The notes under the pieces were generated by a model. The model had not been told where the DNA came from. It saw only the letters and a program-made list of their open reading frames with translations, and ran no database searches. The position numbers and the translations under genes were made by a program. From positions 9,766 to 73,765 of IMG/VR virus record IMGVR_UViG_3300021401_000005: a stretch of DNA of 64,000 nucleotides; one strand, given 5' to 3'. This DNA comes from a virus (taxonomy: Duplodnaviria > Caudoviricetes). This document shows, in pieces, positions 1 to 9,303 of this stretch. Numbering within the stretch: position 1 is the first letter of the stretch; each line of letters opens with the position of its first letter.

Positions 1-99
1 GCTATTGGCTGGCGGCGAATCAGCGTTCCCGCGTACTTGGGAAGGGGACGGTTGCGGCGAATGGCGCGTTGGGCTGCCCCAGGCGCGGGCGGTGCAGAA

Positions 100-384
100 G
101 TGAAGCTGCCCAAGCTCGGCCCGACCGGCGACTTCCCGCACGGTAAGCTGTTCGGCGACGATCAGGGCGGCATCAATGTCGCGCTCCGCCGCTTCACCGC
201 TCCGGACGGTCGCCGTATGGTGCGGATCGATTTCGGCAAGCCGGTCGATTGGCTGGCGCTGCCGCGCGAGCAGGCGTTAGCGTTCGCTGCGGTGATCGCG
301 CACTTTGCCGGGGAGGAAGACGATGCCGAAGATCTGGGAAGACGCGGTCCGAGCGATCCGGAAGGCGAGTCCGAACGTCAATGA
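100..384 (+). CDS. Hypothetical phage protein
   Basis: ORF 37..384; GTG at 100 (MKLPKLGPTGDFPHGK) chosen as the likely start. Confidence 0.5.
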   Translation: MKLPKLGPTGDFPHGKLFGDDQGGINVALRRFTAPDGRRMVRIDFGKPVDWLALPREQALAFAAVIAHFAGEEDDAEDLGRRGPSDPEGESERQ

Positions 385-565
385 GTACGCAGTGGCGACG
401 AGCGCCCTCCAAAAGGCGGGCGAATTGAAGCCGGGGACTCGCGAAGCGACCAAGCTCGGGACCAAGCGCGGCAAGATGAGCCGCAAAGAGCGACACGCGA
501 AGCCGCTGGCGGTCGGCGGCGCGGCGAAAGGGCCGTCACTGGGGAGAGCTGCGCGTCCCTCTTGA
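323..565 (+). CDS. Small basic protein with GG motif
   Basis: GGAGG RBS before ATG 323. C-terminal LAVGGAAKGPSLGRAAR resembles FATGGAAKAPSLGRAGR in ORF 7411. Confidence 0.7.
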   Translation: MPKIWEDAVRAIRKASPNVNEYAVATSALQKAGELKPGTREATKLGTKRGKMSRKERHAKPLAVGGAAKGPSLGRAARPS

Positions 566-704
566 CGTCAACTGCCATCCCTGCGCGAACTCCGCCACCG
601 AGATGGCGGACTTCTGACGGCGGACCGGCAGCAAGCGAGCCATGGGAGGGGCACCGCCCGGTCCGTCTCTTGGCGTCCCCTCCCGCCCAACCGGGAGAAA
701 GCCC

Positions 705-1076
705 ATGGCCCAAGCCCCTCAACGCCCAACGCATCAGTCGCAGAGTCAGCAACGCTCCCACCCCGCTCCCACCCCGCCACCGCGCCATCCAGCACAGGGG
801 CCGCCCGCCCGAGCCGGCGTTCCCCAGCGCGATCAGCAGCCGCGCCCGGAACCCGAGGACGAAGCGCCCCCCGAGAAGATCCTCGAAAAGGACGAAGCCC
901 TGGCGCTCTTCCGCGCCGGCCACCGGCTGAAGAAAGCGGGCGACCCGCCAAACAAGTGGATCGCGGCGTCGCGGATACACGGCGTGATGGTCTTGTGCTA
1001 CCCAATGGACGAAGAGATCGAGAAGGGCATCATGGACCAAGAGTTGGTCCTCGCGGATGATCTTCCACAATCTTGA
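705..1076 (+). CDS. Hypothetical protein
   Basis: GGGAGA RBS, ATG 705; ends just before the portal gene. Confidence 0.6.
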   Translation: MAQAPQRPTHQSQSQQRSHPAPTPPPRHPAQGPPARAGVPQRDQQPRPEPEDEAPPEKILEKDEALALFRAGHRLKKAGDPPNKWIAASRIHGVMVLCYPMDEEIEKGIMDQELVLADDLPQS

Positions 1077-1093
1077 TCTGAACGGGGTCGGCG

Positions 1094-3850
1094 ATGGCCG
1101 GGTTTGGCGGATTGGGTGCGATAAGACTCCCGCCGTCAGCCATCGATGGCAGCGTAGACGACCCCGACGACCTCTCGACCCGCTTCGCGCCGAAGACTAT
1201 CGACCTCGACGCTGACGACGGCGACATCGACTACGACAAGGCGACCAAGATCGAGACCGAAGACGGTGGCGTCATCGTCTATGTCGGCCCCAGGCGCATC
1301 CCGAAAGAGGATACCGAGTTCGGCGACAACCTTGCCGAGGTGCTCGGCGACTCTGAGCTGAACGGGATCGCCGACGATCTCCTGCGGCTGATCGAACAAG
1401 ACAACGAATCACGCCGCGAGTGGCTCGACACGCGCGCTCGCGGCATGGAGCTGATGGGCCTTCGCATCGAGTCGATGCGCTCGTCCGGTTCTGACGGCTC
1501 CGCGCCGCTCGAAGGCCAGTCCCAGGTCCGGGCTACGCTACTGGCGGAAGCGGTAATCCGTTTCGGCGCCAACGCTTTCGCCGAGCTGTGCCCCACTGAC
1601 GGGCCAGCCAAGGTCTCCGAAGACACATCGGGCTCGACTGAAGATCTCGACGACCTTTCCGACGCGCTTGAGCACGATCTCAATCACTATCTGACCACCA
1701 CCGACAAGCCGTGGGTCCCTGACACAGACCAGATGCTCCTCCGTGTGGGGCTCGACGGTTGTACCTTCAAGAAAGTCTATCATGACCCGATCCTCCGGCG
1801 GCCGATCTCACGCGCCGTGTTCGGCGACGATCTGATCGTCAACAATAGCGCGACCTCGATCTACGACGCAGGCCGCATCACGCACCGCTCATTCATGCGC
1901 CCGTCGATGATCCGCCGCATGCAGCTCGTCGGGGCCTATCGCGATGTCCCGCTCAACGATACCGGCTTCATCGAAAAGGGACCGATGGAGCTTCAGGCCG
2001 AGCAAATCTCCGGCGTTCGCCGCTTCGACAGCTGGGAGAAGGACGACCGCGATCACGAGATCTTGGAATGCTACTGCGAACTGGACCTACCGGGGTTCGA
2101 GCACGAGACGGATGGCGAGCCGGACGGCTTGGCGGTCCCCTACAAGGTGGCGATCCACAAGGAGACAAGAACAGTCCTTGAGCTGAGAAGGAATTGGAAC
2201 GAAGACGATGAGATGTGTTTGCCGAAAACGTATTTCGTACAGTATCCATTCATTCGCGGGTTCGGATTTTATGCTATTGGCCTAAGTCATCTTCTTGGAA
2301 ATATTACGAACGGCATCACGGCTGCTTGGCGAGAGATCGTCGATGCTGGCATGTTCGCCAACTTTCCAGGCCTTTTAGTTGCGAAGGGCGCGGCTAGACA
2401 GAATAACAACATATTCAGAGTTCCGCCAGGGGGTTCGGCCGAAGTCGAGACCGGCGGCCTGCCAATCCAGCAAGTGGCGATGGGCTTGCCTTACCGATCG
2501 CCAGACTCGGTCTGGGTCGGCTTCGTTCAGCAGCTGAACCAAGAGGGGAAGAGCCTCGGCGGCACGGCCGAGATCATGGTCGGCGAAGGCCGCCAGGACG
2601 CGCCGGTCGGGACGACCCTCGCCCTCATCGAGCAGGCGATCAAACCGCTCATGGCGACGCACAAGAGGCTGTGCGCGGCGCAGAGCGACGAGCTTCAGCT
2701 CCTATGCGAGCGCTTCCGCGAAGATCCGGAGGCGTTTTGGCGCTCGAACAAGCGTTCCGCCTACGACTGGGATGAGCAAGTCTTCCAGCAGGCCTTGAAC
2801 ACGAGCGAAATTGTCACGCGCGCGGACCCGAATACGGCCTCGCATCTCCAGCGAATGTTGAGGAATGCCGCCCTCTACCAGATGGCGAAGGACGAACCGA
2901 GCGCTTTCAACGTCGCTACGATTCGTAAACTCTGCATTCGGGGAATCGGCTTCGCGAACCCTGATCAATTTTTAAATCCGATGCCCTCCGGCCCGCCGCC
3001 GGACCCGAAAGCCCAGGCCGCGATGCTAACCGGGCAGGCGGCGATGATGGATGCGCAGACACGGGCCGGTCAGCTCCAGCTCGACATGCGCGACAAGCCG
3101 ATGGACGACCAGCAGCACCAAGTCGATGCGCAAGTGAAGATGGCGACGTCGAAGATGGCGCTCCAGAAGCAGCAGCTCGCCACCCATACCGCTGGTTTCC
3201 AGGCCCAAAACGAGGCCCGGAAGCCACAGATGGAGGCGCAGAAGCAGCAGCACGAGGCCCAACAGAGCCAGCTCGACCGCGCGCACGACACCGCGAAGCA
3301 ATTGCGCGACCAAGCGCACGAGATGAGCCTGGAAAGAGGCGGCTGGGCGCACGAAGACGCCCGGGAGATGAGGGGTCAACAGCACGAGGCCCAAATGGGC
3401 CAGCAAGAGCAGATGCACGACCGCGTTATGGGCGCGCAGCAGCAGCGATTCGACGCTGTGCGGGACATGCAGGGGCGGCAATTCGACGCCGCGAACGCAC
3501 AGCAGGACCGCGCGCACGAAGACCAGATGGGTCAGCGCGAACAAGCCATCGAATCGCAGCGCGAAGAGCGCGGCCGGCAGCACGAAGAGCAAATGACCGA
3601 CCGCTCGCAGCAGCACGAACGCGTCATGGGCCAGCAACAGGCCCGGGCGAAGATCCAAGAGGTGAAAGCGAGGCCTCAACCGCAGCGCACGAACGGTTCT
3701 GGCTCAGATCGGCAGAAGCGGGCGAGCGGCGGCTCGGTCCATGATGGAATCGACACGCCCTACGGTTTCGCGCGGCGCGCGCCGGACGGAAATCACTACG
3801 TGCAACATCCAAAAACGGGCCAGTACTTCAAGATAACGAGGCGCAAATGA
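1094..3850 (+). CDS. Portal protein (podovirus type) with long Gln/His-rich coiled-coil C-terminal extension
   Basis: 918 aa, first large structural gene. Motifs GCTFKKVYHDP, FIRGFGFYAIGLSHLLGN, DAGMFANFPG and APVGTTLALIEQ are typical of this portal family. Confidence 0.9.
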   Translation: MAGFGGLGAIRLPPSAIDGSVDDPDDLSTRFAPKTIDLDADDGDIDYDKATKIETEDGGVIVYVGPRRIPKEDTEFGDNLAEVLGDSELNGIADDLLRLIEQDNESRREWLDTRARGMELMGLRIESMRSSGSDGSAPLEGQSQVRATLLAEAVIRFGANAFAELCPTDGPAKVSEDTSGSTEDLDDLSDALEHDLNHYLTTTDKPWVPDTDQMLLRVGLDGCTFKKVYHDPILRRPISRAVFGDDLIVNNSATSIYDAGRITHRSFMRPSMIRRMQLVGAYRDVPLNDTGFIEKGPMELQAEQISGVRRFDSWEKDDRDHEILECYCELDLPGFEHETDGEPDGLAVPYKVAIHKETRTVLELRRNWNEDDEMCLPKTYFVQYPFIRGFGFYAIGLSHLLGNITNGITAAWREIVDAGMFANFPGLLVAKGAARQNNNIFRVPPGGSAEVETGGLPIQQVAMGLPYRSPDSVWVGFVQQLNQEGKSLGGTAEIMVGEGRQDAPVGTTLALIEQAIKPLMATHKRLCAAQSDELQLLCERFREDPEAFWRSNKRSAYDWDEQVFQQALNTSEIVTRADPNTASHLQRMLRNAALYQMAKDEPSAFNVATIRKLCIRGIGFANPDQFLNPMPSGPPPDPKAQAAMLTGQAAMMDAQTRAGQLQLDMRDKPMDDQQHQVDAQVKMATSKMALQKQQLATHTAGFQAQNEARKPQMEAQKQQHEAQQSQLDRAHDTAKQLRDQAHEMSLERGGWAHEDAREMRGQQHEAQMGQQEQMHDRVMGAQQQRFDAVRDMQGRQFDAANAQQDRAHEDQMGQREQAIESQREERGRQHEEQMTDRSQQHERVMGQQQARAKIQEVKARPQPQRTNGSGSDRQKRASGGSVHDGIDTPYGFARRAPDGNHYVQHPKTGQYFKITRRK

Positions 3851-4137
3851 GCGAACCACTCGATCCCAATGAAGCGGCCACCCTTTTCTATTCGGGCTCG
3901 CCGATGGCGTTCGTCGCGGTCCCCACCGAGAGCTTCGTCTGCGGCCAATGGATGGGCCAGCGCGCCCTGGTCATGCCGATTCCGTTCGACGATCCTGTCG
4001 CCTACTTCACCGAACACCCGGTGATGCTCTACGACCCCGATTCCGTGCCGTCCGGGCCTGCCGTCTCGGCGACAATCACGGCTGGTGCCCCCTACGCCAC
4101 GGCTCCAAAGGAGAGGAAACATGGTCGCGCTCGTTAA
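3847..4137 (+). CDS. Hypothetical protein
   Basis: ATGA overlap with the portal stop. Confidence 0.6.
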   Translation: MSEPLDPNEAATLFYSGSPMAFVAVPTESFVCGQWMGQRALVMPIPFDDPVAYFTEHPVMLYDPDSVPSGPAVSATITAGAPYATAPKERKHGRAR

Positions 4138-4412
4138 TGGACAATCTGTTGATCTGACCGTCGCCTACACCGATTCTGGAGGTGCGAGCGCCCCCGCGCC
4201 TGGGGCGGTGACTTGGTCGTCGTCTGACGACTCGATCGCTACCGTCGAAGCCAATCCGGACGATGACACTCAGGCGACGGCGGTCTCGGTCGCGGAGGGC
4301 GTTGCGACGATCACCGCCGAGTCCGGCGGGATCGAGACCACCGAGGATGTCGACGTCTCTGCTAGCGAGGCTGTGGCGACTGAGGGCGCCATCACGGCTG
4401 GTGCCCCCTACG
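4075..4412 (+). repeat. Exact 22-bp direct repeat ATCACGGCTGGTGCCCCCTACG (4075-4096 and 4391-4412)
   Basis: Read directly; encodes ITAGAPY in frame in both adjacent ORFs. Confidence 0.9.
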
Positions 4413-4519
4413 ATACGAGTCTGCCGGGAGCGCAGGGCAGCCGTCTGCCGGGTCAGCAGCCGAAGGCTCCGGCGCCTCCCCGGCAAGTTGTGCGGACAAC
4501 GACTACCCAGCGTAGGTAA
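4121..4519 (+). CDS. Ig-like (Big_2-type) domain protein
   Basis: VTWSSSDDSIATV...AVSVAEGVATITAESGG is the bacterial Ig group 2 signature; GGAGAGG RBS. Confidence 0.8.
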   Translation: MVALVNGQSVDLTVAYTDSGGASAPAPGAVTWSSSDDSIATVEANPDDDTQATAVSVAEGVATITAESGGIETTEDVDVSASEAVATEGAITAGAPYDTSLPGAQGSRLPGQQPKAPAPPRQVVRTTTTQRR

Positions 4520-6978
4520 TGGTTGACGATCTCGGCGACTACGACGTCGACCCGGTCGAGGGAAATCCCTTTGGCTCGATGGCGTCGTCGCCGAACGATT
4601 TCGACGTCGCGCCGGTCGATCACGATCCTTTCGCTGGCGCTGGCGGAACCCCGGCGCCAGACCAGTTCGAGCTAGCGTCGAGGCAGCCCGAAGCCACGCC
4701 GTCGAGCGCTGGCGGTCCGCCCTTGGACCCTGGCGATCGGCAAGACCTGATCCGGACTGTCTACGGCGAAGCCGCCGGCGAGCCCGCGCTCGGCCAAGCG
4801 GCAATCGCCCACGCCATCCTCAACCGCGTCCGAGCTGGTGGCTACGGCCAGGGCATTGCTGGCGTCGTCCACGCCCCGGCTGCGGGCGTGAACCCGAAGT
4901 TCGGGTATCATGAGTTCAGCCCCTGGAACACGGGCCGCGCCACGGAAGGCAATCCCGTCGCGCAGAACCTCTCGCCGAAAGACCCGGCTTATGCGCGGAT
5001 CGGCGACATCGTCGACAAGTCCTATTCGGGTCTCATACCCGATCCGACGCACGGCGCGACGCACTATTATGGGCGAATGCCGCACCCGCCGTCATGGGCG
5101 CCGCCGCTCGCCGCGCTGAACAAGGTCAGGATCGGCGGCCAGACCTTCGTCGGTGGCGCGGAAGGCCCAGGTCGAACGCCGATCCAGACTGCCGGCGGCT
5201 ACGCGGGCGGTGGCCCGGTGCAGATGAACGCGGACTTGCAGCGGCGTCTTGCGATGATAACGCGGCCTCGACACGGGTTCGCCGACGGTGGCGATCCGGA
5301 CCAGCCCGCGCCAGATGATGCGGCTCCCGCCATCATGGGCCACGTCGCAGCGACGCCAGACCCCAATCAGCCAATGACGGCGCGCTACCTCGAAACCCGT
5401 CCGCAGGGATCGATCGCGCCTTACGACCCGTCATGGGGCGAGCGGATTCAGCAGGGCGTCAGCGAAGCGGGGCAGGCGCTCGGTCAGCCTGCTCAAGGTG
5501 CTGAGCGCCTAGGCGAGGCGGTGCGGACCGGCGCGGAGATGGTGCCCATCTCCGGCAACATCCTGTCTGGCAACGAAGCCTATCGCGACGTCCAGTCTGG
5601 CAATTACGGCTCTGCGGCGCTGAGCACGCTCGCCGCCTTTCCGATCCCCGGCGCAACCGCCGAGGAGGGCGCAACGCGCAGTGTCTTGCGTCACGCTGAC
5701 GAGGCTTTCCCCGAGGGGCGGATCGCCACGGCGGTGCCGTCCAACAAGGCGCTCGTCGATTCGGCGCACGCCTCGAACGATCGGACCATCAGCTTCGACA
5801 CCATGCGAGCCGACCCTGTCATGTACGGCAAGACTGCCGATCTCATTCGCAGCATGCCCGACATCCAGCTCCCGCCGAATGCCACCGACGACGAGGTGCA
5901 TCAGGCGTTCATCGCTCACGCCAAGAGCAACATTTTGGCGCTGCACGACGCTGTCCCTGACGACATCCGAGGCGGCTCGCAACAGTGGTACGACGGGGCC
6001 AACCAGATCGCGGGCGATCGGGCGCAGCGGTTCAATCGCCCGCTCGAAAACGTCGCGGGCGTCTATGCCGCGCTCTCCCCGAAAATGGACTGGTTCAAGA
6101 ACGTCAGCCTCGGCGACCGGCTGATGGACATCATGCACAACCAGAAATGGTCTGGCTTTACTCCCGAGATGGATGCCTGGGTCGCCAATCGCTACGGCGG
6201 CAGCCAAGTGCCGGCCGACGTCAAGGCCGCCACTGCTTATGCGAACCTCAAGGCCAAGATGGGCCAAGGCCAGATGCTCGGCGATCTCTCTGACCCGATC
6301 GAGCAAGCGCACTTCGTCCGCGCCTATGACGAAGCGCACAACCCTCGCGGCTACAACATCGTCAATCCCGATGGCTCGTTCGCAGGCCCAGCCATGACCG
6401 GGAAAGGCGAGGAAGGCGAAGTCGGTTGGGCCGGGTTCAACGCGATGGCGAACGCCATCAAGTCATTCAACGCACAAGACATGACGACGGTCTCGAAAGC
6501 GATGGGCGACCGGCACAAGGTGCGCTCGTTCTACAACAACATCGTCGCGCCGAACTCGCTCGCTGGCGATGTCACTGCCGACACGCACGCTATCGCCGCC
6601 TCGCACTTGCGACCCTTCTCGCTCGCTGACGAAGAGGTGACTAACGGTCTTGGAAGCACTGGACCGAAGTCAGGCGAAACCGGCGCCAAAGGGCTCTATG
6701 GACTCTACGCCGATGCTTATCGGCAGGCGGCGGCCGAGCGCGGGATTCTACCGCGCCAGATGCAATCGATCACTTGGGAGGCGCTGCGCGGCCTGTGGAC
6801 CCCGGCAGAGAAGCGCAGCGCTTCCATCAAGCAGGGGGTCGAGGATTCGTGGAACGCCTACGGGGGGCGCAACGGCCTGACACTGCCGCAAGTCCAACAG
6901 CGGCTGATCGGAACGCCGTCGCGCATCAGGGCACCGTCTTGGCACACGGGCGCCGCCGGGGAGGAGCTGGAGCCCTAG
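4519..6978 (+). CDS. Multidomain protein: SleB-like cell wall hydrolase plus C-terminal DUF7178/HhH-like domain
   Basis: RTVYGEAAGEPALGQAAIAHAILNR...GATHYY (Hydrolase_2). Later QWYDGA, YAALSP, KVRSFYNNI, VTADTHA and AYRQAAAERGILPRQMQSITWEALR. Confidence 0.75.
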   Translation: MVDDLGDYDVDPVEGNPFGSMASSPNDFDVAPVDHDPFAGAGGTPAPDQFELASRQPEATPSSAGGPPLDPGDRQDLIRTVYGEAAGEPALGQAAIAHAILNRVRAGGYGQGIAGVVHAPAAGVNPKFGYHEFSPWNTGRATEGNPVAQNLSPKDPAYARIGDIVDKSYSGLIPDPTHGATHYYGRMPHPPSWAPPLAALNKVRIGGQTFVGGAEGPGRTPIQTAGGYAGGGPVQMNADLQRRLAMITRPRHGFADGGDPDQPAPDDAAPAIMGHVAATPDPNQPMTARYLETRPQGSIAPYDPSWGERIQQGVSEAGQALGQPAQGAERLGEAVRTGAEMVPISGNILSGNEAYRDVQSGNYGSAALSTLAAFPIPGATAEEGATRSVLRHADEAFPEGRIATAVPSNKALVDSAHASNDRTISFDTMRADPVMYGKTADLIRSMPDIQLPPNATDDEVHQAFIAHAKSNILALHDAVPDDIRGGSQQWYDGANQIAGDRAQRFNRPLENVAGVYAALSPKMDWFKNVSLGDRLMDIMHNQKWSGFTPEMDAWVANRYGGSQVPADVKAATAYANLKAKMGQGQMLGDLSDPIEQAHFVRAYDEAHNPRGYNIVNPDGSFAGPAMTGKGEEGEVGWAGFNAMANAIKSFNAQDMTTVSKAMGDRHKVRSFYNNIVAPNSLAGDVTADTHAIAASHLRPFSLADEEVTNGLGSTGPKSGETGAKGLYGLYADAYRQAAAERGILPRQMQSITWEALRGLWTPAEKRSASIKQGVEDSWNAYGGRNGLTLPQVQQRLIGTPSRIRAPSWHTGAAGEELEP

Positions 6979-7190
6979 CCCCGCTCCACCCGCTGCCAAG
7001 GCTCCGGCAGCTCGGCCTCGTCCTCGGCCGTCCACGGCTTCGGCGTATCGCCGCCCCAGTTCAGGTCGATCCACGTCTGCCGGGTGAGCGGCAGGCCGTT
7101 CTTGATCATGTAGGCCAGCATCGGGTTGTGCTGGGCCGCGTGGAGCAGCTCCGGGTCGACTCGTCGTTGGGTCTGCTGGATTTGGGCCAT
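6975..7190 (-). CDS. Small hypothetical protein, antisense within the late region
   Basis: GGAGG RBS on the - strand; 71 aa with normal composition; convergent overlap with the 4519 ORF. Confidence 0.65.
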   Translation of the reverse strand: MAQIQQTQRRVDPELLHAAQHNPMLAYMIKNGLPLTRQTWIDLNWGGDTPKPWTAEDEAELPEPWQRVERG

Positions 7191-7240
7191 CCCAGCCTCC
7201 TATTGGAATGGGGCGGGACCTAAGCCCCGCCCCCCGCGCC

Positions 7241-7305
7241 TGCCTTGCCGTGCCATGCCGGACCGAGTCCAGCCTCGCCCAGCCAAGCCGCGCCTTGCCA
7301 CGCCT
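7241..7305. repeat. Array of 13 pentamers, consensus NGCCN
   Basis: tgcct tgccg tgcca tgccg gaccg agtcc agcct cgccc agcca agccg cgcct tgcca cgcct. Confidence 0.85.
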
Positions 7306-7314
7306 CGGTGCGAT

Positions 7315-7329
7315 TTGCACCAACTGCAA
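7315..7329. promoter_or_regulatory. Palindromic operator TTGCA-N5-TGCAA
   Basis: GATTTGCACCAACTGCAAGAT is 20/21 identical to the copy at 34185-34205. Confidence 0.75.
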
Positions 7330-7410
7330 GATAAGAGCCCTTTCGCCCAATTGCAATCGGCGCCATAAACTCACGCCGTTGAAAGGCTGGACCCGAACGA
7401 GGGTCAAGCC

Positions 7411-8457
7411 ATGGGCCAATATTCACAGAAGTCGTTCACGACCGACAAATTGAAAAAATTTGCGGTCAGTGGCAACAACGGCAGCAACGGCGACAAAGCC
7501 GAGGCGGCCGACGATTACGGGCGGAAAGCCGCCAAATCGAGCGATTCTTCGGCCTTCGCCACGGGCGGGGCGGCGAAGGCGCCATCGCTTGGTCGCGCCG
7601 GCAGAGCTGGCGGCGGCCGGGTTGCGCGCGCCGAGGGCGGCAGGACGCGCGACCTCAGCAAGCTCACCGACGGCGGCCCGGAATCCTATGGCGACCGGCC
7701 TCTCATTCGCGCCAAGGGCGGCCGAATCGGGAAGCAGCTCGGCGGCGCTCTGCCACAAGGGACGCCCCCTGGCTTGGCCGCGCCGCCCCCGGCGGGCCAG
7801 ATCCCTGGCCTGCCTGGGCTGGGGCGCAAGAAGGGCGGCCGGGTCGGGCGCTGGAAGGGCGGCCCGTCGTATGACCGGCTCGGCCAGAAAGACGCTATGG
7901 CCTCGGACGCCCCCGGTTACGGGGAGGACATCCCTGGTGGCCGAGAATACTACGACTTCATTCGCGGTGGTCTCGGCACCTCGAAGATCGGAGCGCCGCG
8001 AGGCCAAGGCGGCATTGGCTCCGATGAGACCGCTGAGCCAACGGACCAGCGTCGTGGCGGCCGGGTCGGCCGCGCGCATGGCGGACGCACCAAGGGCAAG
8101 GGCAAGACCGTCGTCAACGTCATCGTCGGCGGCCACGGCGATCAGCAGCAGCCCCCGCCGCCGCCCGTCATGCCGCATCCAGCGATGCCGCCGCCTCCAC
8201 CTCCGCCGCAGGCCGCGCCACCGAAGCCGCCGATGCCGATGGGCATGCCTATGATGCCTCCCGGCGCCATGGGCGGCGCTCCGCCGATGGGCATGCCGCC
8301 CCCAGGAGGCGGAGGCATGCCTCCTGGGATGCCGCCTCCCGGCATGGGCCGCGCTCACGGCGGCCGGATCAACGAGAGATTCGGCGCGGCGTCCGGCCAG
8401 GGCCGGATGGAGAAGGCGCGTCGCGAGAACGATGGAAAGGTGAAGTTGGCCGAATGA
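7411..8457 (+). CDS. Gly/Pro-rich low-complexity protein with about 10 [RFK]-x-x-GG motifs (probable internal head protein)
   Basis: FATGG, RAGGG, RAEGG, RAKGG, KQLGG, RKKGG, RWKGG, QRRGG and RAHGG x2. Confidence 0.75.
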   Translation: MGQYSQKSFTTDKLKKFAVSGNNGSNGDKAEAADDYGRKAAKSSDSSAFATGGAAKAPSLGRAGRAGGGRVARAEGGRTRDLSKLTDGGPESYGDRPLIRAKGGRIGKQLGGALPQGTPPGLAAPPPAGQIPGLPGLGRKKGGRVGRWKGGPSYDRLGQKDAMASDAPGYGEDIPGGREYYDFIRGGLGTSKIGAPRGQGGIGSDETAEPTDQRRGGRVGRAHGGRTKGKGKTVVNVIVGGHGDQQQPPPPPVMPHPAMPPPPPPPQAAPPKPPMPMGMPMMPPGAMGGAPPMGMPPPGGGGMPPGMPPPGMGRAHGGRINERFGAASGQGRMEKARRENDGKVKLAE

Positions 8458-8687
8458 GCATGTTCGTGAACAGCGAATCGGACGATCGCACCATCAACAA
8501 CGACGTCAGGCATCAGTACCGAGTTCTCACTGATGCCGAGAAGACGATCATGGTCCGCATCAAGGACGAGGGCGCGCTGTTTCTGGCGATGATCGATTCC
8601 GTCATCCCGCAAGGCCGGGAGAACTCGCTCGCTAAGACGAAGATCGAGGAGGCCGTCATGTGGGCCGTCAAAGGGCTCACGAAATAG
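8454..8687 (+). CDS. Acb2/Tad1-like cyclic nucleotide sponge candidate (anti-defence)
   Basis: YRVLTDAEKTIMVRIKDEGALF and GRENSLAKTKIEEAVMWAVK match the helical-hairpin pattern recalled for Acb2/Tad1-family proteins. Confidence 0.65.
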   Translation: MSMFVNSESDDRTINNDVRHQYRVLTDAEKTIMVRIKDEGALFLAMIDSVIPQGRENSLAKTKIEEAVMWAVKGLTK

Positions 8688-8912
8688 ATGGACGCGACCT
8701 CAGTCTTCCTCGCCAACAAGCTGATCGAGCGCATCGAGGCCAAGCAGAAGGAAATGTTGCGTCCGCTGATCAACGGCGCGGCGACTGACTTCCCCGACTA
8801 CAAAAAACGCGCCGGATACCTTGAGGCGCTTGGTCACGTCATCGACTGGATTGGCGAAATCAGCGCCGAAGAAGACGAACACGGAAGAGGCCCAATTGCC
8901 CGCGCATCATAG
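8688..8912 (+). CDS. Hypothetical protein preceding the GroES-like gene
   Basis: Tightly coupled ORF; small helical protein. Confidence 0.65.
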   Translation: MDATSVFLANKLIERIEAKQKEMLRPLINGAATDFPDYKKRAGYLEALGHVIDWIGEISAEEDEHGRGPIARAS

Positions 8913-9303
8913 AATCGTAACCCTCCATCTGGAGGACCCGCGAGACACTATCTGGAACGGTTGCGGCGAGGATCTCGGCAAGGTCGAGCCCTTCAACCAA
9001 CAGGTGCTCGTCGCGACCTATATCCGCCCCGCCACGCGCACCGCGAGCGGCCTGGAGATCGCCGAAGAGGCGGTCGATGAGGATCGCTATCAAGGCAAGA
9101 TCGGCATGGTCTTGAAGAAGGGGCCGCGCGCTTTCGTCGATGACGGTCCGGTCCAGTTTTATGGCCAGAATGTTGAGCCTGGGGACTGGGTGGTCTTCCG
9201 GGGTTCTGACGGCCTCAAGAGCATGATCGGCTCCCGCGAGGTCCGGTTCATTCCCGACGTTTTCATCAAGGCGAAAATCGATCACCCGGACGCGGTATTC
9301 TGA
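8896..9303 (+). CDS. GroES/Cpn10-like co-chaperonin
   Basis: VEPFNQQVLV...RTASGLEI...GMVLKKGPRAF...VEPGDWVVF is the Cpn10 pattern. TTG start at 8896 inferred from the GGAAGAGG RBS. Confidence 0.8.
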   Translation: MPAHHRIVTLHLEDPRDTIWNGCGEDLGKVEPFNQQVLVATYIRPATRTASGLEIAEEAVDEDRYQGKIGMVLKKGPRAFVDDGPVQFYGQNVEPGDWVVFRGSDGLKSMIGSREVRFIPDVFIKAKIDHPDAVF

